Shown here piece after piece: positions 61,331-64,000 of a stretch of 64,000 nt of DNA (positions are counted from its first letter, which is position 1; each line of letters begins with the position of its first letter). A model generated the notes under the pieces. That model was not told the origin of the DNA, ran no database searches, and saw nothing but the letters and a program-made list of their open reading frames with translations. Origin of the DNA: Rhynchobatus australiae (taxonomy: Eukaryota); the NCBI GenBank assembly GCA_034780895.1, contig JAUZTB010000076.1, forward strand, positions 93,367,374 through 93,431,373, in the 5' to 3' direction. The translations under genes and the position numbers were made by a program.

Positions 61331-64000
61331 GATCACAAGTTATTTTCAGAAGTTTCCAACACATGCATTGCAACATATAATCACCTTGTAAGAATTCAGA
61401 TGAGGCGGTGGTACTATAGGTCCAGGGATTTGAATCAGAAGGTTATTGGCCTTGAACATTTCTACTGGACTTCTACTGGGACTCTGGGGATTTTGGTTGA
61501 ACCCACGGGAAATGGCATAAAGCCTGCTGTGCTGGATCTCCAATATTTCTAGGCTTTTCTAACCTGACTAGCAAAGAGCTGTAGCTCTGGTTTAAACTTC
61601 CAGATGGATACTGTAGGTGCACCCAAAGTAAACCATGTGCTCCTACCACTACCCTGCCAACTTTAGGGAGGTCGGAACTGAAAGATGCCCGCGGGTGTCT
61701 TGTAGATGTTATTACACTGTATGTGGTCCACAGCTTTATCTGTTGAAGAATGTCATAAGAATATTGAGAGGAATGATCAGCCATTTCATAACAGCTCATG
61801 GCAGTAGTCTTTGTGCATTCAGTAAGTCACAGCACTTAACATTACCATTGACATGCTGTATCACTGATGAAGGTCACCCTACTAAAGGTAATAAAGTTTC
61901 CTTCAACTGAAATGCCAGGTGATCAAATTCATATTATCAATGAAAGATCAGTTTCCATTTCTTCTAGATGCAAGCTTTTGTGCTCCATCACTGCATTTTT
62001 ATAGGAAGTGTCAGGTCAAGTGCCTTCTTTGTCAACGTCTATTCACTCAGTCACGACCACATAATCAGCTGAGAGTTCCTGACTACCTGAAAGAGGAAAG
62101 GTAGAAAAGTCAGATTATCCTTACACCATCTGAAGCCTTTAAATCTGAAGAGTTCACAGCATGAAAGGGAAATGGTTTCTGAGGAAGATAAAGTATGAGC
62201 ATACTGTTATCTCCAGTGATTTCAGGGCAGATTCTGATCAGATTCAGTGTCAGCTGGGCCAACAGCAGTTAGCACTCTCTCCTCCAGGTCAATGAGTCAT
62301 TGGCTTGCTTTGGGTCTGCTGTTACTGTTGCTGATTCTGAGCAGTTTTTTTCAGAGGTGTAACACTGTCCACCAAGACATTCAGAGCTCTGCATGTATGT
62401 CAGTGAGCCCACTTTCTTCTGCCACTCGAGAGCTTGCTCCACCCTTCCCAAACCTGTAGAAAGACTTCCAATACTGATGGAAGGAAATGAGCCCCTCCCA
62501 TTCAAGAGGTGCCAGTATGGCTTTAGTCTGTACTAACGAGCTTCCACTGCAAGTCACTCATGAACAGAGATCTTCAGGATACATATTAAGGCAATAACTA
62601 GGTTTATTAGTGCTGCTTGGATGGATACTCATAATGATTCCAGTCTTTTCCAAAGTAATGGCAGCACAATACTGTAATCTTAAAACACACAGGTGTTTGC
62701 AAAACCTAAAGGCAAACAAGCTTTTATTTTTAAAGCTTTGTCCAATGAAATATTGAGAAGTGTCAAAAAATGAATGTTGTAGAGTTAAAATTTGTGGTTG
62801 TTAACTCAAAAAGCTGTCTCATCAGTTGAGTGTTTCTAGTATTCCTGTTTTTCAAGCATTTGTGGTTCCAGATTTATCGTAACATTGGTGGTTTTTCAGG
62901 GAATGTTTATTCAGCGATTAAGTACAGAAATTTTGCCTTTGGTGTAGGATCNNNNNNNNNNNNNNNNNNNNNNNNNNNNNNNNNNNNNNNNNNNNNNNNN
63001 NNNNNNNNNNNNNNNNNNNNNNNNNNNNNNNNNNNNNNNNNNNNNNNNNNNGGATCAGAATTAAATGAACTTCAATTACAACAAACCAGGTTCAAGTGAG
63101 CTAAGCCAATGTTTCTAAAAGTAGCCTTATCACTCAAGGTGAGAATAGTTTTACTCAATTAAACAAGAATATCACACAAGTTAAATTCTGGATTGCAAAA
63201 CATCTTATAAATGTCTGTTAAAATTATGAAATACAAGACTTTCTCCTTTTCAAATCAGTAAATTCTAGAGTGGGTGGACCATTCTACTGTAAATTAGCAG
63301 TTAAAACAATGTGTATTGCTTTAAATCAAGATTAAATGCAGTAACAAAGTCTTGCCTGCACGTCGGTAGTCATCTGGAATGATTAATTCTTTTCTATATA
63401 GATTGAATTAATTTGAGTATGTCTATGGAGCTGCTGTCAGGACACACTTTTCTCTGTTCATCTGTCCTCGGGTTCTTTTCTGGTAAATTTAAAATGAAGC
63501 TAAACTGTAATGCTGCATGGCAGATAGTGGATCATTGCTTTGATAAACATCTAAAATGCTAATGAACTGAGGCTGCAGCTTGAATTCATGAACAACTGAC
63601 TTAACACAGAGCTTTAAAAATGCATACCAAATAAAAAAAATCCTATACTCTACTTTGTTTTCAATATGACATTTTTCCTTAAAAACATATTTGCACATCA
63701 AACAGAAGTGGCTTGAAACTGATGAGGTTTCAGATTGCCCTACTTGGCATGCAAATCATATCAGGACTTCTCATTAGCATAAATGCATGAGCAACTCTAA
63801 ATGCTTTTAATTTCCAATCTCAGCCTGCACAGAAGTAATTTGTCAATGTCAGGGTGAAAATCTGAAGCAAAAAAAAGGAGCAAGATTCCACAGTAAATTG
63901 GAATCATACAAATTTCTGATTTGTTAATTGACTGATGCCTCAGTTCAATCAGCTGCCTTNNNNNNNNNNTAATGCTGTAGGAAATAGATGAAATTTTTTA

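Noticed and set aside
62120-62460. Minus-strand exon-like segment (acceptor near 62455, IDLEERVL motif)
   Set aside because: All frames are interrupted. At best a decayed Harbinger Myb-like ORF, not an exon of the channel gene.

Overview
Eukaryotic, repeat-rich vertebrate DNA from a gapped assembly. The repeat families (V-SINE/HE1-type SINEs, CR1, Rex1/Babar, Tx1-like L1, RTE, Penelope-like elements) point to a cartilaginous fish, probably a ray or shark (inference). Only two host coding exons are recognisable, arranged tail-to-tail about 15 kb apart. (1) The last coding exon of MMP17/MT4-MMP (+, 32746-33065: hemopexin end, stem CSC, GPI signal). No upstream MMP17 exon is visible, so 1-32745 is most likely one large intron. 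(2) A single exon on the minus strand (48350-48540) encoding the second half of a cyclic-nucleotide-binding domain of a divergent HCN-like channel. It keeps the HCN splice phase, has an unusual Thr->Glu next to the phosphate-binding Arg, and stops right after the C-helix. The rest is transposon debris. Notable pieces are Penelope termini carrying minimal hammerhead-ribozyme motifs with core substitutions, a MITE with 60-bp TIRs, TGT...ACA ends and a 5-bp TSD (Ginger-like), Harbinger Myb/SANT remnants and a CGGBP1-like zinc-finger fossil. Most ORFs in the supplied track are spurious or read through N-runs. All homology calls come from recalled motifs, not database searches, and repeat boundaries are approximate.
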